A model generated the notes under the pieces. The model saw only the letters and a program-made list of their open reading frames with translations, searched no databases and had not been told where the DNA came from. Below, one piece after another: positions 20,701 to 30,207 of a stretch of 64,000 bases of DNA (position 1 is its first letter; each line of letters starts with the position of its first letter). A program made the position numbers and the translations under genes. Location of the stretch: positions 1 through 64,000 of the forward strand of contig JAQBUT010000022.1 of assembly GCA_027623195.1 (NCBI GenBank). Reading direction: 5' to 3'. Origin of the DNA: Chloroflexota bacterium. GTDB taxonomy: Bacteria; Chloroflexota; Dehalococcoidia; Lucifugimonadales; JADFKI01.

Positions 20701-21897
20701 GACAATCTCGCCACGCCGCCGTTTGATGACTCGCTCCGTTAGTGTGCCGGCCATAGGTATGGTCTGGTTCGCCATTCTGCCCCATACGTTTTCACCGGAA
20801 ACGAAAGCCAAACGTACGCATGTTTCGTCCGGTGACTTTAGGTCAACGGTCACTCGTTCCGTCGGTATCAGGTCTCGCACGAGGGCGCTTACTCGTTCGA
20901 AAACTTCGTTTAGATGTGGCGATGAGCTAACAACTCGACCTATCTCCACCAAAAGTTCCTTTTCACGCAACTCACGTTGTATGAGGGCGTGCAATTGGGA
21001 ATTCGCCAATGCCCCACCAATTTGCATTGTGGCGCTCTCGATAAATTCCCTGTCTCTGTCTGCGTAGGCCATTGGAGTTCGGGAGGCTATTCCCAGAATC
21101 CCGATGACGCGGTCTTTAGAGATGAGTGGAGAAGTTATAAATGACGTCATGCCGTCTTCTATCAAACCGGCCATTCCGGGGAATTCCAGCAGAAGATCTT
21201 GTTTGCCCGTGCCCTGCGTAATTATGGTGGCCTTGCGTCTAATGGCCTCCGTGGAGATTGTGCCATCAATGGGCAAAGTATAGCCTGGCTTTTGCAGAGA
21301 GGTCGTCCTCGTGCCGCTGGTATATTCTCTACGTAACGTCCCGGCAGATTCGTCTATTGTGCAGATTACGAGAAAATCGAATCCAAGGACGTTGCGAACC
21401 TCTCGAGTAAACTGGGCATAAATGTCCTCAATATCCAGGGAGGAGGTGGCAATTCTACCCATCTGGGCCAGAACAGCGTGCTCATTTCTCATCAAGTTGG
21501 GAGCATCGCCTGGGCCGCTTGATGCTGTAGACTGAAAAACCTCCGCAGCTTTCACGATTCCAGCATTTATTAAACGGGTCTGGTTCTCAAAGGCCTGATG
21601 AAGGAGTTTTTCAGCCCATCTAGTGCAATACCAGACTATGGCAGGCGCCATAATGGACAGCACGGCAATTCGGACAACGAAGCGCGACGTGATATCGTTG
21701 CCGCTGACGAGAATTTCCAGGACTTCTCCCAAAAGAAACACGAGGCCGACGACGAGAAAAAACAGTCGTGCACCGGCCAACAGGAGCACAATATGTCCCG
21801 CAGAACCTTCTGATGTGGGTTGGTCTGAAGCTTCTGAGAGGGTTGATTTGGATTTGATTAGAGGTATTCTCATGCCCAATCTCTGATAAAACTTCAC
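17764..21897 (-). CDS. Membrane sensor: 2 TM, six GAF domains, PAS, C-terminal Cys-rich domain (no kinase or cyclase)
   Basis: Six repeats starting L.(E/D/Q)(I/M)G(R/K)...D...Y..F; PAS ending GIARDITARK; C-terminus LSGLLPICASCKKVRDD.GYW...FSHSICPQC. Confidence 0.88.
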   Translation of the reverse strand: MKFYQRLGMRIPLIKSKSTLSEASDQPTSEGSAGHIVLLLAGARLFFLVVGLVFLLGEVLEILVSGNDITSRFVVRIAVLSIMAPAIVWYCTRWAEKLLHQAFENQTRLINAGIVKAAEVFQSTASSGPGDAPNLMRNEHAVLAQMGRIATSSLDIEDIYAQFTREVRNVLGFDFLVICTIDESAGTLRREYTSGTRTTSLQKPGYTLPIDGTISTEAIRRKATIITQGTGKQDLLLEFPGMAGLIEDGMTSFITSPLISKDRVIGILGIASRTPMAYADRDREFIESATMQIGGALANSQLHALIQRELREKELLVEIGRVVSSSPHLNEVFERVSALVRDLIPTERVTVDLKSPDETCVRLAFVSGENVWGRMANQTIPMAGTLTERVIKRRRGEIVQNKTEEEISAELPGMLASLKKGFHSAIGVPLFSNDEVIGCLQLRTTQENAYESAHLSLAERLGDQIAGAMANSELNHVLEEEIAEKTALLEIGRTMSMSLDMEEVYERFSEIVRTIAPSDRFAVNLLTTDGEALEIAYFNGDVVPGREVGTRIPLEGSIGGQAVRTKSTVVLNSLSLPGKTEGLPYLKPSKNAGYQSILVTPLNFNDEVVGVMQFRSRAPNAYGEKVIRVVENVAIHVVGFMANARLHAAVQAEAKERTILAEIGRVVSSSPDIHNIYRRFADLVKDIIPNDQLSIGFLDHGGEATKLAYVTGVEIPSARENSMIKIEGSFNNEVMSGRKGLIVQGKSMEELAEEYPLMIPGYRMGLRSAIGVPLVANDQVFGCLQFRSSVESAYTAKHLELAERVSDQISGVLANSELRATLEHEIAEREALADIGKTITQSLDIEDVYERFVELVKPLASSDRITISLLTDDEKAIYIAYTWGGAIPGRNLGERIPIDGTLAGQAIIEKRAVLLHPQSASELEGHLDLLIPSVHAGFNSFIAVPLIVQNRVIGALQIRSRTANAYSQATASMAENISAQVASAIANARLHSSVQQESERRAVLAEIGRIISSTLDIETVYDAFSEAINRLIPFDRVSINMVDQSSGIFSYIFVRGENIPNRSTGDSTDMDGSITEEIMSNRGSVLLQPQEDGIDGLKSAFPGLVPSIEMGIKSYLSVPLKVQDTIVGVLHFSSKSSAAFSPDHVALAEDIAAQIAGAISSAQLHVQVKTSRLALSQSEWRYRHMVESASDIVCTLDDQGFFSYANQPITKYTEYTEEELLGRHFTEIVLPEWKNRVLKTCIIDTREFGEKCVMEFPINTKSGGICWLEQTIAPMFDEGKIVGFQGIARDITARKKVESEREALIEDLQDAVDKIQTLSGLLPICASCKKVRDDNGYWSQIETYISAHSDADFSHSICPQCVKELYPQLNAASRDDS

Positions 21898-22145
21898 GGT
21901 GGTTTTACCTGATGAAGAAATTCTCGCTTTGTATAGTTAAATGGGCATCGGTATTTGTACTTAGTTAGGTGTGAAGCCTTTTATGGCATGCGGAAGTCAC
22001 TTGCACGAGATGGGGTTACATACACAAATGAGGCAGCTAAAGGCAAAAGTTCTAACGGCCAACGAAATCCTTTGTTTTGGTAGCGATCAAGGGGATAGCA
22101 CCTAGATTTATGCTGAGTATTTTGCATTTTAAGAAAGCCATCGCA

Positions 22146-23051
22146 ATGTTTCGCCATGCGCTGGTCAAAAAGATTAAATTTCTAGAGGATTTGGTCGGCC
22201 ACATACTTGTGGTGAGGCTTATCGGGCGCACGTTTCATGAGATGTCTGCTGACGACGCCACCCACATGGCGGCAGGCGTCGCCTACTACGTGCTTTTTTC
22301 ACTTTTCCCTCTGATTTTGGGCTTGATTGCCGTTTTATCGTTTTTCGTAGACGACGCCACTGCCCAGACTCAGCTAACGGACTGGATATCCGACTTCTTG
22401 CCAGGCTCCGAGGAATTGGTGGTTAGCAACATTGATGCGGTGGTCGCATTCAGAGGGGCGCTGGGTATTTTCGCCTTGGTGGGCCTTTTCTGGTCAGGTA
22501 GCGCCGTGTTCGGTGCGATTACCCGCGCCGTGAATCGGGCGTGGGATGTGGTGGAAAATCGACCCTTCTACGTGACCAAAATGCGACAGCTAACAATGGC
22601 TGTGGCAACGGGGATGTTATTCGCCGTTTCTTTGACAATGGCCACAGTTGTGCGGACCGCAGGCAATATTACGACGGCAGAGGTGCCCGGAATACAGTCG
22701 TTTGTAAATACGGGCAGCCTGGTGCTGCTTCAGGGCGGCTCATTCGCTCTGATGTTGACAATTTTCTTGCTGCTTTACAAGTATCTTCCCAATACCAAGA
22801 CTTATTGGCGATACGTATGGCCGGGCGCTTTGGTGGGTGCCTTGCTATTCGAACTGGCAAAAAATGCCTTTATCTTTTACCTGAACTCTTTCACCAGTTT
22901 TGAGAACGTTTATGGGTCGTTGGCTCCGGTGGTGGCGATGTTACTCTGGGCTTACATCAGCAGCCTCATCCTGATTCTGGGTGCCGAGTTGAGCTCCGAG
23001 TATGGTCGCCTGAAATCGGGAGTTGAGCGCGGCGTTCTGATCCATCAGTAA
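22146..23051 (+). CDS. YihY/BrkB family membrane protein
   Basis: AAGVAYYVLFSLFP, VNRAWDV, LYKYLPN, VYGSL, ILGAEL; start uncertain. Confidence 0.9.
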   Translation: MFRHALVKKIKFLEDLVGHILVVRLIGRTFHEMSADDATHMAAGVAYYVLFSLFPLILGLIAVLSFFVDDATAQTQLTDWISDFLPGSEELVVSNIDAVVAFRGALGIFALVGLFWSGSAVFGAITRAVNRAWDVVENRPFYVTKMRQLTMAVATGMLFAVSLTMATVVRTAGNITTAEVPGIQSFVNTGSLVLLQGGSFALMLTIFLLLYKYLPNTKTYWRYVWPGALVGALLFELAKNAFIFYLNSFTSFENVYGSLAPVVAMLLWAYISSLILILGAELSSEYGRLKSGVERGVLIHQ

Positions 23052-23079
23052 CGCCGCGCTCGTCCCAAATAGCGGGTGT

Positions 23080-24243
23080 CTAGTTCCAGTCCGGGTCGGG
23101 GTGTGCGTCCAGGTATTCCACGTCCAGCTCTACTCCTAAGCCCGGTCGATCTGAGGGATGCAGAACACCGTCTCGAATATCCAGAGGGTGACTGATAAAT
23201 TTGTTTAGTTGCGGTATCCAGGAGCTGATCAACTCCACCCGATAGAAATTGGGCACTGTCATCATGGTGTGGGCGCCGGCCAAAATATTGATCGGGCCGC
23301 TGGCGTCGTGGGGGCTTACGGGAATGTAGTAAGCCTCAGCCATGTTGGCTATCTTACGCATCTCGCTGATGCCCCCGCTCCACAGGATGTCCGGCATCAG
23401 GTACTCCGCCAGCCTGCCCTGCAAGATCGGCACGAAATCGAACCGTGAATAGAGCCGCTCGCCGACGCAAATCGGCACGCTTACCGATTCCTTCACGTGG
23501 CGTAGTGCTTCGTTGCTGTCGGGCTGCACGGGTTCCTCGAACCATCCGATGTCGTAGGGCTCTAGTCGTCTCGCAATATTTATGGCAGTAGGCACGTTGA
23601 AATTGCCGTGGCAGTCTATAAGAATTTCGATGCCTGGTCCCACGGCCTCACGAATGGCGGCGACAGTGTCCACGCCATGCGCTGCGCCCGCCGGGGAAAT
23701 AGTCCCGCGTCCGTAGTTACGATGGTACTGGCCCATTTCAGGCGAAAAGGGATCTAATTTCATGGCCGTATATCCCTCTGCCACCAGGGATTTCGCGTGC
23801 TGGGCCGCTGCCTCTGGCTCCCTTGGGCCAACGTGAGTGTAAAGAAGGGCGTTGTCCCACATGGGGCCGCCGAAAAGCTGGTAGATAGGCTTCCCCAGGG
23901 TCTTCCCCTTAATGTCCCAGAGGGCGATATCTATCCCGCTGAGCAGCGTGGTTACGAAGCCGCCGTAGCCACCTCCCCCTGTGAATCGCCTGAAAATCTT
24001 GTGCCAGAGGCGGTCAATATCCTCCGGGTTTTCACCAATCAACGAATCTCGGAAGTCGTACTTCAACTTGGAATCCCGCAGGAAGCGCAACATATTTCCC
24101 ACCACCACGCTGCCACCACCGCCAGAGCAAGTTGCCTCGCCAACTCCGGAGATTCCCTCGTCGGTATCAATACGAAGAAACAGGTAGCTTCGATCCTGCT
24201 CCTCCGGCCTGGTCACCCAAATTTTAATATCTGTTATTTTCAT
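23080..24243 (-). CDS. Mandelate racemase/muconate lactonizing family enzyme (galactonate dehydratase-like)
   Basis: GIDIALWDIKGK, IDCHG, WFEEP, VGER, PGLGVEL. Confidence 0.9.
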   Translation of the reverse strand: MKITDIKIWVTRPEEQDRSYLFLRIDTDEGISGVGEATCSGGGGSVVVGNMLRFLRDSKLKYDFRDSLIGENPEDIDRLWHKIFRRFTGGGGYGGFVTTLLSGIDIALWDIKGKTLGKPIYQLFGGPMWDNALLYTHVGPREPEAAAQHAKSLVAEGYTAMKLDPFSPEMGQYHRNYGRGTISPAGAAHGVDTVAAIREAVGPGIEILIDCHGNFNVPTAINIARRLEPYDIGWFEEPVQPDSNEALRHVKESVSVPICVGERLYSRFDFVPILQGRLAEYLMPDILWSGGISEMRKIANMAEAYYIPVSPHDASGPINILAGAHTMMTVPNFYRVELISSWIPQLNKFISHPLDIRDGVLHPSDRPGLGVELDVEYLDAHPDPDWN

Positions 24244-24413
24244 GTCTAAATTCCCTTGTTGCCGAGTTGTCGCGGCATAAGCTAATGGTTGCCAGCTATT
24301 CAGTCAATGGGCTGCCTGGTGGGAGAGGTTAGATATCCTTCTCGGGCATACAGGGCGACCGTTTTATCTTGTTGGTTACATGTTTACCCATATGTTAGGG
24401 GGTTGGCAAAGAT

Positions 24414-26732
24414 ATGAAAGATAAGATACTCGCCAAGGTTCGTGCGGTGCTGCATATGCCGACCGCAATGGAGGGCCTTTGGCTTGCGACTATACTGGCC
24501 GTTCCACTAATCATCGCGCCTCACGACTCGATGATTTTCCATTACCAGCTGCCGAAGATAGTGTTGCTCAGAGGCATGGTCAGCCTGCTGGCGGTGCTGT
24601 GGCTACTACGTTGGCTTTCCAGGCCTCCATCTCCCGTCGCGAGCGACCAAGAAAGAGCTTCCATGGGTTGGCAGGCCTTCAAGGGTAGGATCTCGGATGA
24701 GCCTGTTCGGCTGGTTTCCATGGGCGTCCTGGCATTCGTTCTTATCAATGTCTTCTCAACGATATTTTCCGTGTCGCCTGGGGTAAGCATATGGGGTGGA
24801 TTCAAGCTCCCTGACGGCTACGGGCTGCACAACGTTGTTATGTTCATCGTCCTTTTCCTTGTCGTAGCGAAAAATATTTCCACTCAAATGCAGATTTGGC
24901 GCTTGCTGGCCGCCGTTTCCTCATCAGGTGGAGTCGTCGCGGTAATTGGAGTGCTCCAGAGATTCCACGCCATTTCCTCCGGCGCGCCGCTTACTAGCGT
25001 AGACGGAGTCGTATCGACCATTGGGGATCCCATAGTCCTTGGCGCCTTTCTAGTACTCACAGTTCCCATTACTATAGGTCTCGCTGCCACCAGGATTTCC
25101 AAGAGTTTTTCATTTGGCGAGCAGGCTCTATGGGTGCTGCTGATTTCCGTGCAGATGCTGGCGTTGGCCTTTACCTTGAGTCTTGGCGCCGCCGTTGGTC
25201 TGGTGGTGGCCCTGGGAGTGTTCCTAGCATTCGGTTATTTTGCCATGGAGCAGGCCGCCACTATCAGGGTGGCCGCCGTATCGGCCATTGCCGTCTCGAT
25301 CACCCTTTTGAGCATGAGCTTTGTTTCTGACCTCCCAGACGCCGCCAGTCCTGAGCCAGTGTCTCAGCCGTTTGACGAGAGGGAATTCCTGGGCACAGCC
25401 CCTGAACCTGGCGACGATTTTCTGGCAAAACGCCCGGAAATATGGGCTTCTTCTGTGGGGCTAGCGGTCTCTCGACCTTCGCTGCCATCCAAAGGAGGAC
25501 TGGTGCCAGGCCTGAGGTTCATGCTTGGATATGGCCCGGAAACCTTTTCATATGTGTTCCCTCTCAATGCGACTGAAGCCATCGGACTGCATGACGACGC
25601 CCAAAATGCGTTTCTTCACAGGACCGTGGAGCTTGGGTTGCTAGGCGGATTGTCCGAGATGGCCTTATACCTTGTGGCCATAGCGGCGATTATATGGCTT
25701 TTCTTCAGGCACATCGAGGAAATGACCTCCGACCATAAGATGATTCTGGTCGTGCTAACGGCGGCGCTTGTCGGGCGGATGGCTCAGCAGATGTTCGACA
25801 TTGGCAGGGGAAGTGACACTATGCTCTTCTGGGTACTGCTGGCGCTGATTCCTGCGGCCCTCCGGGCGTGGCCATTGTCCTCGGGCTCTCAGTCCTTTAA
25901 CTTCGGGAACTACGCCATGTCCAGGGAAAGGCCCGTATATTTGCAGGGGGCCAGAGTAGCGCTGGTGCTGCTATTGGTGGTAGCCATGGGTTGGCTTGTT
26001 ACAGACAAGAGCGTAAACGTGGTGCGGGCAGATGCCGTCGCCGCCAGGGCCGAGATGGTCGAAACCACCGAACGAAATCGGGCTGAAGCGCTGGCCCTTT
26101 TTGACGAAGCCATCGAATTGGCCCCGACCTTACCTAATTACTACCGCCTTCGGGGAGATTTTCTGGTCGCCGTAAACGAGACTGTTCCCCCTGGGCTTGA
26201 GAGTAATGCAGACCTTGAGGAGATATACGCAGATCGCGTGATGGCTTTGCGGGCGGACCCCTTGGCCGGGGAGAGTCTGCTGGATATGGCCAACATAGGC
26301 TTTAATCTCACCCGTGCGGGCTACGAAGGCCTGGATGCCGATGCCGTAGAACAGTACAAAGAGCTGATGGCTCTGTCGCCAAACTTCTCCGAGTCACACG
26401 CATTGCTATGGATTCTCGTGGCCGTGGCATACATGGACGCGGGGCAATTGGAGCGTAGCCTGGATTTCCTAAATAATGCCTTGAGTGTGGAATCATCAGA
26501 TTTCACCCATGCCAAGGCGCTCTTTATTCAAGGAGCTGCCTATTCGGAGCTTGGTGAACCTGGTAAGGCGATTGATTCCCTAAACATGGTGCTGGAGATC
26601 AGTTCCGACCCGAAAATGATGATGGAAACATACCGTATGCTGGCCAACGCGTACTCTGACTCCGGTGAGCCTCAACTGGCTGGAGAACATTACGAACGGT
26701 ATATCCTCATAAGGGATTCCGACCAGAGTTAA
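24414..26732 (+). CDS. O-antigen ligase (Wzy_C)-like membrane protein with C-terminal TPRs
   Basis: Many TM helices, STIGDP, RPEIW, GYGPETF, NAFL..VELGLLG, TPR-like helices. Confidence 0.8.
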   Translation: MKDKILAKVRAVLHMPTAMEGLWLATILAVPLIIAPHDSMIFHYQLPKIVLLRGMVSLLAVLWLLRWLSRPPSPVASDQERASMGWQAFKGRISDEPVRLVSMGVLAFVLINVFSTIFSVSPGVSIWGGFKLPDGYGLHNVVMFIVLFLVVAKNISTQMQIWRLLAAVSSSGGVVAVIGVLQRFHAISSGAPLTSVDGVVSTIGDPIVLGAFLVLTVPITIGLAATRISKSFSFGEQALWVLLISVQMLALAFTLSLGAAVGLVVALGVFLAFGYFAMEQAATIRVAAVSAIAVSITLLSMSFVSDLPDAASPEPVSQPFDEREFLGTAPEPGDDFLAKRPEIWASSVGLAVSRPSLPSKGGLVPGLRFMLGYGPETFSYVFPLNATEAIGLHDDAQNAFLHRTVELGLLGGLSEMALYLVAIAAIIWLFFRHIEEMTSDHKMILVVLTAALVGRMAQQMFDIGRGSDTMLFWVLLALIPAALRAWPLSSGSQSFNFGNYAMSRERPVYLQGARVALVLLLVVAMGWLVTDKSVNVVRADAVAARAEMVETTERNRAEALALFDEAIELAPTLPNYYRLRGDFLVAVNETVPPGLESNADLEEIYADRVMALRADPLAGESLLDMANIGFNLTRAGYEGLDADAVEQYKELMALSPNFSESHALLWILVAVAYMDAGQLERSLDFLNNALSVESSDFTHAKALFIQGAAYSELGEPGKAIDSLNMVLEISSDPKMMMETYRMLANAYSDSGEPQLAGEHYERYILIRDSDQS

Positions 26733-26822
26733 ATGCCGGTGCTGGTGGCCTCCATTTCAGTTGGGGAAGAGGGCCTATCGTATTAATGCCAACCTCTGCC
26801 CAGCCTCTGGTAAAATAATTTA

Positions 26823-27089
26823 ATGCGCCTCAACATGGACAACATCCAGTCGCCCCCAGACGTCCGAGGGCTGGTCAAAAGGGCCTTATACGGCCGCTGG
26901 CTCGCGGGCATCTCCTTCGTCATGTTCACTGTGATGACAGGACACGTTTCCCTACGCCTAAGAATATTCCTGGTGGCTCTGCGTCAGGATTTTGGGTGGA
27001 GTAGGACTGTTCTGTCGGGAGCATTCGTGTTTGCCCGTGCTCAGACCGCATGGCTCACTCCTGCGAATGCGGACTATCAACGGTCATGA
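26823..27089 (+). pseudogene. Degraded N-terminal fragment of an MFS transporter
   Basis: LYGRW...FLVALRQDFGWSRTVLSGAF..AR resembles MFS TM1-TM2; stops after 88 aa. Confidence 0.65.
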
Positions 27090-27790
27090 GAGTGCTGGGG
27101 CGTGACTTGCCGGCGTATTTCGAGAAGTACTGGCTCACCATATCGGCGGATGTCGACGTGCCCGTGGAGTATATCGAGGAAGGACACAGCGCCATTTTCG
27201 GGACCAAGGGGTACGACAAGACTGCCCCCGATTTGCCCGACTGGGCTGACCTTCCGGACGACGACCTGGCATATCACATCGCCCACGAGCTAACCCACAT
27301 GGTGCAACGGAGCCGCGGCTATCCCAAGACTATTCGCGGAAGGCCTTACCCGCCCGACTCGGCGGAGGCCCGCATAGGCGGCGATTTGGAGGAGCTAATT
27401 CTTCACCCGCCCTTGGAGCAGACCCTGAGGGAAGCGGGATTCCGCTGGGACTTCATCAAGGGTCGGCTGATGGCGAGTGCGCTGGATGGCATTTCCAGCA
27501 GTCCGCCGCCGGAGTACGGGACGCCCTGGTTCTTTACATGGGCCATACGCTACTGTGAACTGCAGATGGAGCTATCTGCGGACCAGTGGGCTCAGCTTAA
27601 TGCGGCGTTCAAGAAAAGCTCTCCGGGAGTCGTCGAACTGGGCGAAGAGATGGTGACCATCATTCGGGAGGTCGGCTGGGGCACCCGCCTGCAAGCGCTG
27701 GACTCCTTGGTAAAGGTGCGCGATTCCCTGGGTCTGAAAATTAACGAAGTCGTGCTTGTGCTGGACCCAACCACCGGCAATATCCTGTAA
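27086..27790 (+). CDS. Hypothetical protein with HExxH motif
   Basis: IAHELTH; ATG overlaps the upstream TGA (ATGA). Confidence 0.75.
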   Translation: MRVLGRDLPAYFEKYWLTISADVDVPVEYIEEGHSAIFGTKGYDKTAPDLPDWADLPDDDLAYHIAHELTHMVQRSRGYPKTIRGRPYPPDSAEARIGGDLEELILHPPLEQTLREAGFRWDFIKGRLMASALDGISSSPPPEYGTPWFFTWAIRYCELQMELSADQWAQLNAAFKKSSPGVVELGEEMVTIIREVGWGTRLQALDSLVKVRDSLGLKINEVVLVLDPTTGNIL

Positions 27791-28006
27791 CGCACCGAAA
27801 CTTAGCGGCAGACATCTGCTTTTATATATCTGAGATTTTTGTAGAAAACTTTGTGGTGAGTTCCAAGCTGGTCGTAAGCAACAAAGTGGGAAGAAGTCAT
27901 CGCGATTTTTTTTCATGAAGGCGACTGAACCACGCGGCCCTCTCGCTCTCATGAAAATGGAGGGACGGCCCCTGGACCGTCCCAATCTCACCAGATAGGT
28001 TAAACC

Positions 28007-28393
28007 CTACAGGCTATTGACGACGGTTTGCAGCTTCTGCCTGACCTCTTCCGCGATGGCAGCGAGTTCGGGATTGTCTATGGCCTTCATTGACTCTGCG
28101 GGGTCCACGGCAGAAACCTCAATTGAGCCATCAGCCTGCTCCTGCACGATTACGTTGCAGGGAAGCATCGTGCCTATCTTGTTCTCCGTCAGCAAGGCCT
28201 TGTATGCGAATGGGGGGTTGCAGGCGCCGAGGATTCGGTAGTTCTGGAAGTCTACGCCCAGCTTTTCCTTGAGCGTGTCCGTAACGTCGATCTCAGTCAG
28301 CACGCCGAAGCCTTCCTTCTTTAGCTCGTCCCTGGTCTTCTCTATGGCCTCTTCGAATGTTGTCGAAAGCGTCTTGGTGAAAAAGTAGCTCAT
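28007..28393 (-). CDS. DUF302 domain protein
   Basis: GFGVLTEIDV, ILGACNP, IGTMLPCNVIV; GGAGG RBS. Confidence 0.92.
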   Translation of the reverse strand: MSYFFTKTLSTTFEEAIEKTRDELKKEGFGVLTEIDVTDTLKEKLGVDFQNYRILGACNPPFAYKALLTENKIGTMLPCNVIVQEQADGSIEVSAVDPAESMKAIDNPELAAIAEEVRQKLQTVVNSL

Positions 28394-28615
28394 GCGGGGA
28401 ATGCCTCCATGCAAAGTAAAGAAAATAATTCCATATATGAATAATTTTAAACACTAATTACTGACAATATAAGTTACGGTACGGAATATACAGTATCGAA
28501 TTACCTAATCAGACCACGGAACGGAATTCTTTATCTGGTCCGACTAAGTGGAGACAGGCTGTTATAATTCCTGACAAATTTCCAGTTGGCCCCACTATGG
28601 GATTGAAGTGGACAC

Positions 28616-29755
28616 ATGGAGCAGTTCTTACCTAACTTCACATGGCGTAGCCCAACGAGGGTGATTTTCGGCGTGGGCAGGTTGGCAGACCTGCGCGGCC
28701 TGGTGGACGAGGCTGCGGGCGAACAGGCTCGTATATTCCTGGTCACAGGTCGGTCCAGCCTCAGGACCAGGGGAATCCTTCAACGAGTTCTGGACTCGCT
28801 GGGTGAGGGAAAAGTTACCCTGTTTGACCGAGTATCGCCGTATCCTTCGCCGGAGTTGGCAGATGCAGCCTCTGCGGAGTGCAAGGAGGCCGGGTGCGAT
28901 GTAGTGGTTGCCATTGGCGGCGGCAGCGTCATGGACTTGGCCAAGGTAGTGGCCGTGATGTCTGCAAACGCGGGCAGGGCGCAAGACTATGCCACGGGCG
29001 AGAAGGCCATAGACGGGCCGGGCTTGCCTTTCATCGCGGTGCCGACTACCTCCGGAAGCAGCAGCGAGGTGACAATGGCGGCTGCACTGTGGGACCTGGA
29101 GGGTAAGCGCCACATGGGGTTGGCAAGCCCGCACATGTTCCCTACTGTGGCCGTGGTGGACCCGGATTTAACCATGAGCATGTCCAAGACCTTGGCCGCT
29201 GTGACCGGCATGGACGCCTTTACCAGTGCTATCGAGTCTTACTGGTCAATCGAGGCGGAACCTATTACCGACGGCATAAACCTGCAGGTTGTCCAGATGT
29301 TCAACGTCAATCTGGACAGATCATCCATACAGGGCGACATAGAATCCAGGGCAAATTGCGCCATGGCAGCAACAATGTCCGGCATCGCCTACAGCAACAG
29401 TAGGCCAAACGCCTGCCATGCGGTAGGGATACCGCTTACGCTTTATTGGGGCGTGGAGCATGGTCAGGCAGTGGGCGTTACGTTAACCACGTTCTTGCGA
29501 TGGGCCGCACCGGGCATTCCGCATAAAATGCCGGCTCTGTGGCGCGCCTTGGGTGTAGAAGACCTGGACGGGGCGTGTGAACGCATAACCCGGCTCATGA
29601 CGCGATGTGGCCTGCAGACTAATCTGTCCGGTCTTGGAATGGAAGAGACAGACCTTGACACCCTCGTAGCAAACACCCGTTGGGACAGGACTCGAACATT
29701 ACCTAGACCCCTTGGCCAAGATGACCTGAGGGGTCTAATACAGGAACTTCTCTAG
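28616..29755 (+). CDS. Iron-containing alcohol dehydrogenase family protein
   Basis: AIGGGSVMDLAK, AVPTTSGSSSEVT, VVDPDLT, GMDA, HGQA. Confidence 0.9.
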   Translation: MEQFLPNFTWRSPTRVIFGVGRLADLRGLVDEAAGEQARIFLVTGRSSLRTRGILQRVLDSLGEGKVTLFDRVSPYPSPELADAASAECKEAGCDVVVAIGGGSVMDLAKVVAVMSANAGRAQDYATGEKAIDGPGLPFIAVPTTSGSSSEVTMAAALWDLEGKRHMGLASPHMFPTVAVVDPDLTMSMSKTLAAVTGMDAFTSAIESYWSIEAEPITDGINLQVVQMFNVNLDRSSIQGDIESRANCAMAATMSGIAYSNSRPNACHAVGIPLTLYWGVEHGQAVGVTLTTFLRWAAPGIPHKMPALWRALGVEDLDGACERITRLMTRCGLQTNLSGLGMEETDLDTLVANTRWDRTRTLPRPLGQDDLRGLIQELL

Positions 29756-29769
29756 TTTACAACTGACGA

Positions 29770-30207
29770 TTAGGCCTGTGGCTCGTCTTCTACCATGCGG
29801 CGGAGTTCCTCTTTTGCCTGCCGAATCTCCTCCACCTTGGCGGCGATCCTGTCGAACAGCCCCTGCTTGGCCTTAATGCCCTCTGTGATTAGCAGGGCAG
29901 CGGCCTCCGAGCGACTGTTGACGATACCGGCCTCTACGAGCTCATCCACACGGCCAAGGCTTTCATCGTCCACGCGAACCATTACGACATTGTCGCGATT
30001 GGTGCGCACGCCCTGGACGCTGTCGCGAATGTTATCACCAATGCTTTCGGCGGTAGTCTTGCTATTAACGATAGCTACACGAACCACTTTGTTGACCTCA
30101 TCAACCAGGGTGTCAATTCCCTCAGTGAAACGGGCCTTGCGTCCTCTCTGTTCTTCCTGGGTGGTCTCATCAAACGATTCTGAAGGGTCTCGATGTTCGT
30201 CGACCAT
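29770..30207 (-). CDS. Hypothetical protein with ribbon-helix-helix-like segment
   Basis: VVMVRVDDESLGRVDELVEAG...SRSEAA resembles CopG/RHH; GGAGG RBS. Confidence 0.7.
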   Translation of the reverse strand: MVDEHRDPSESFDETTQEEQRGRKARFTEGIDTLVDEVNKVVRVAIVNSKTTAESIGDNIRDSVQGVRTNRDNVVMVRVDDESLGRVDELVEAGIVNSRSEAAALLITEGIKAKQGLFDRIAAKVEEIRQAKEELRRMVEDEPQA

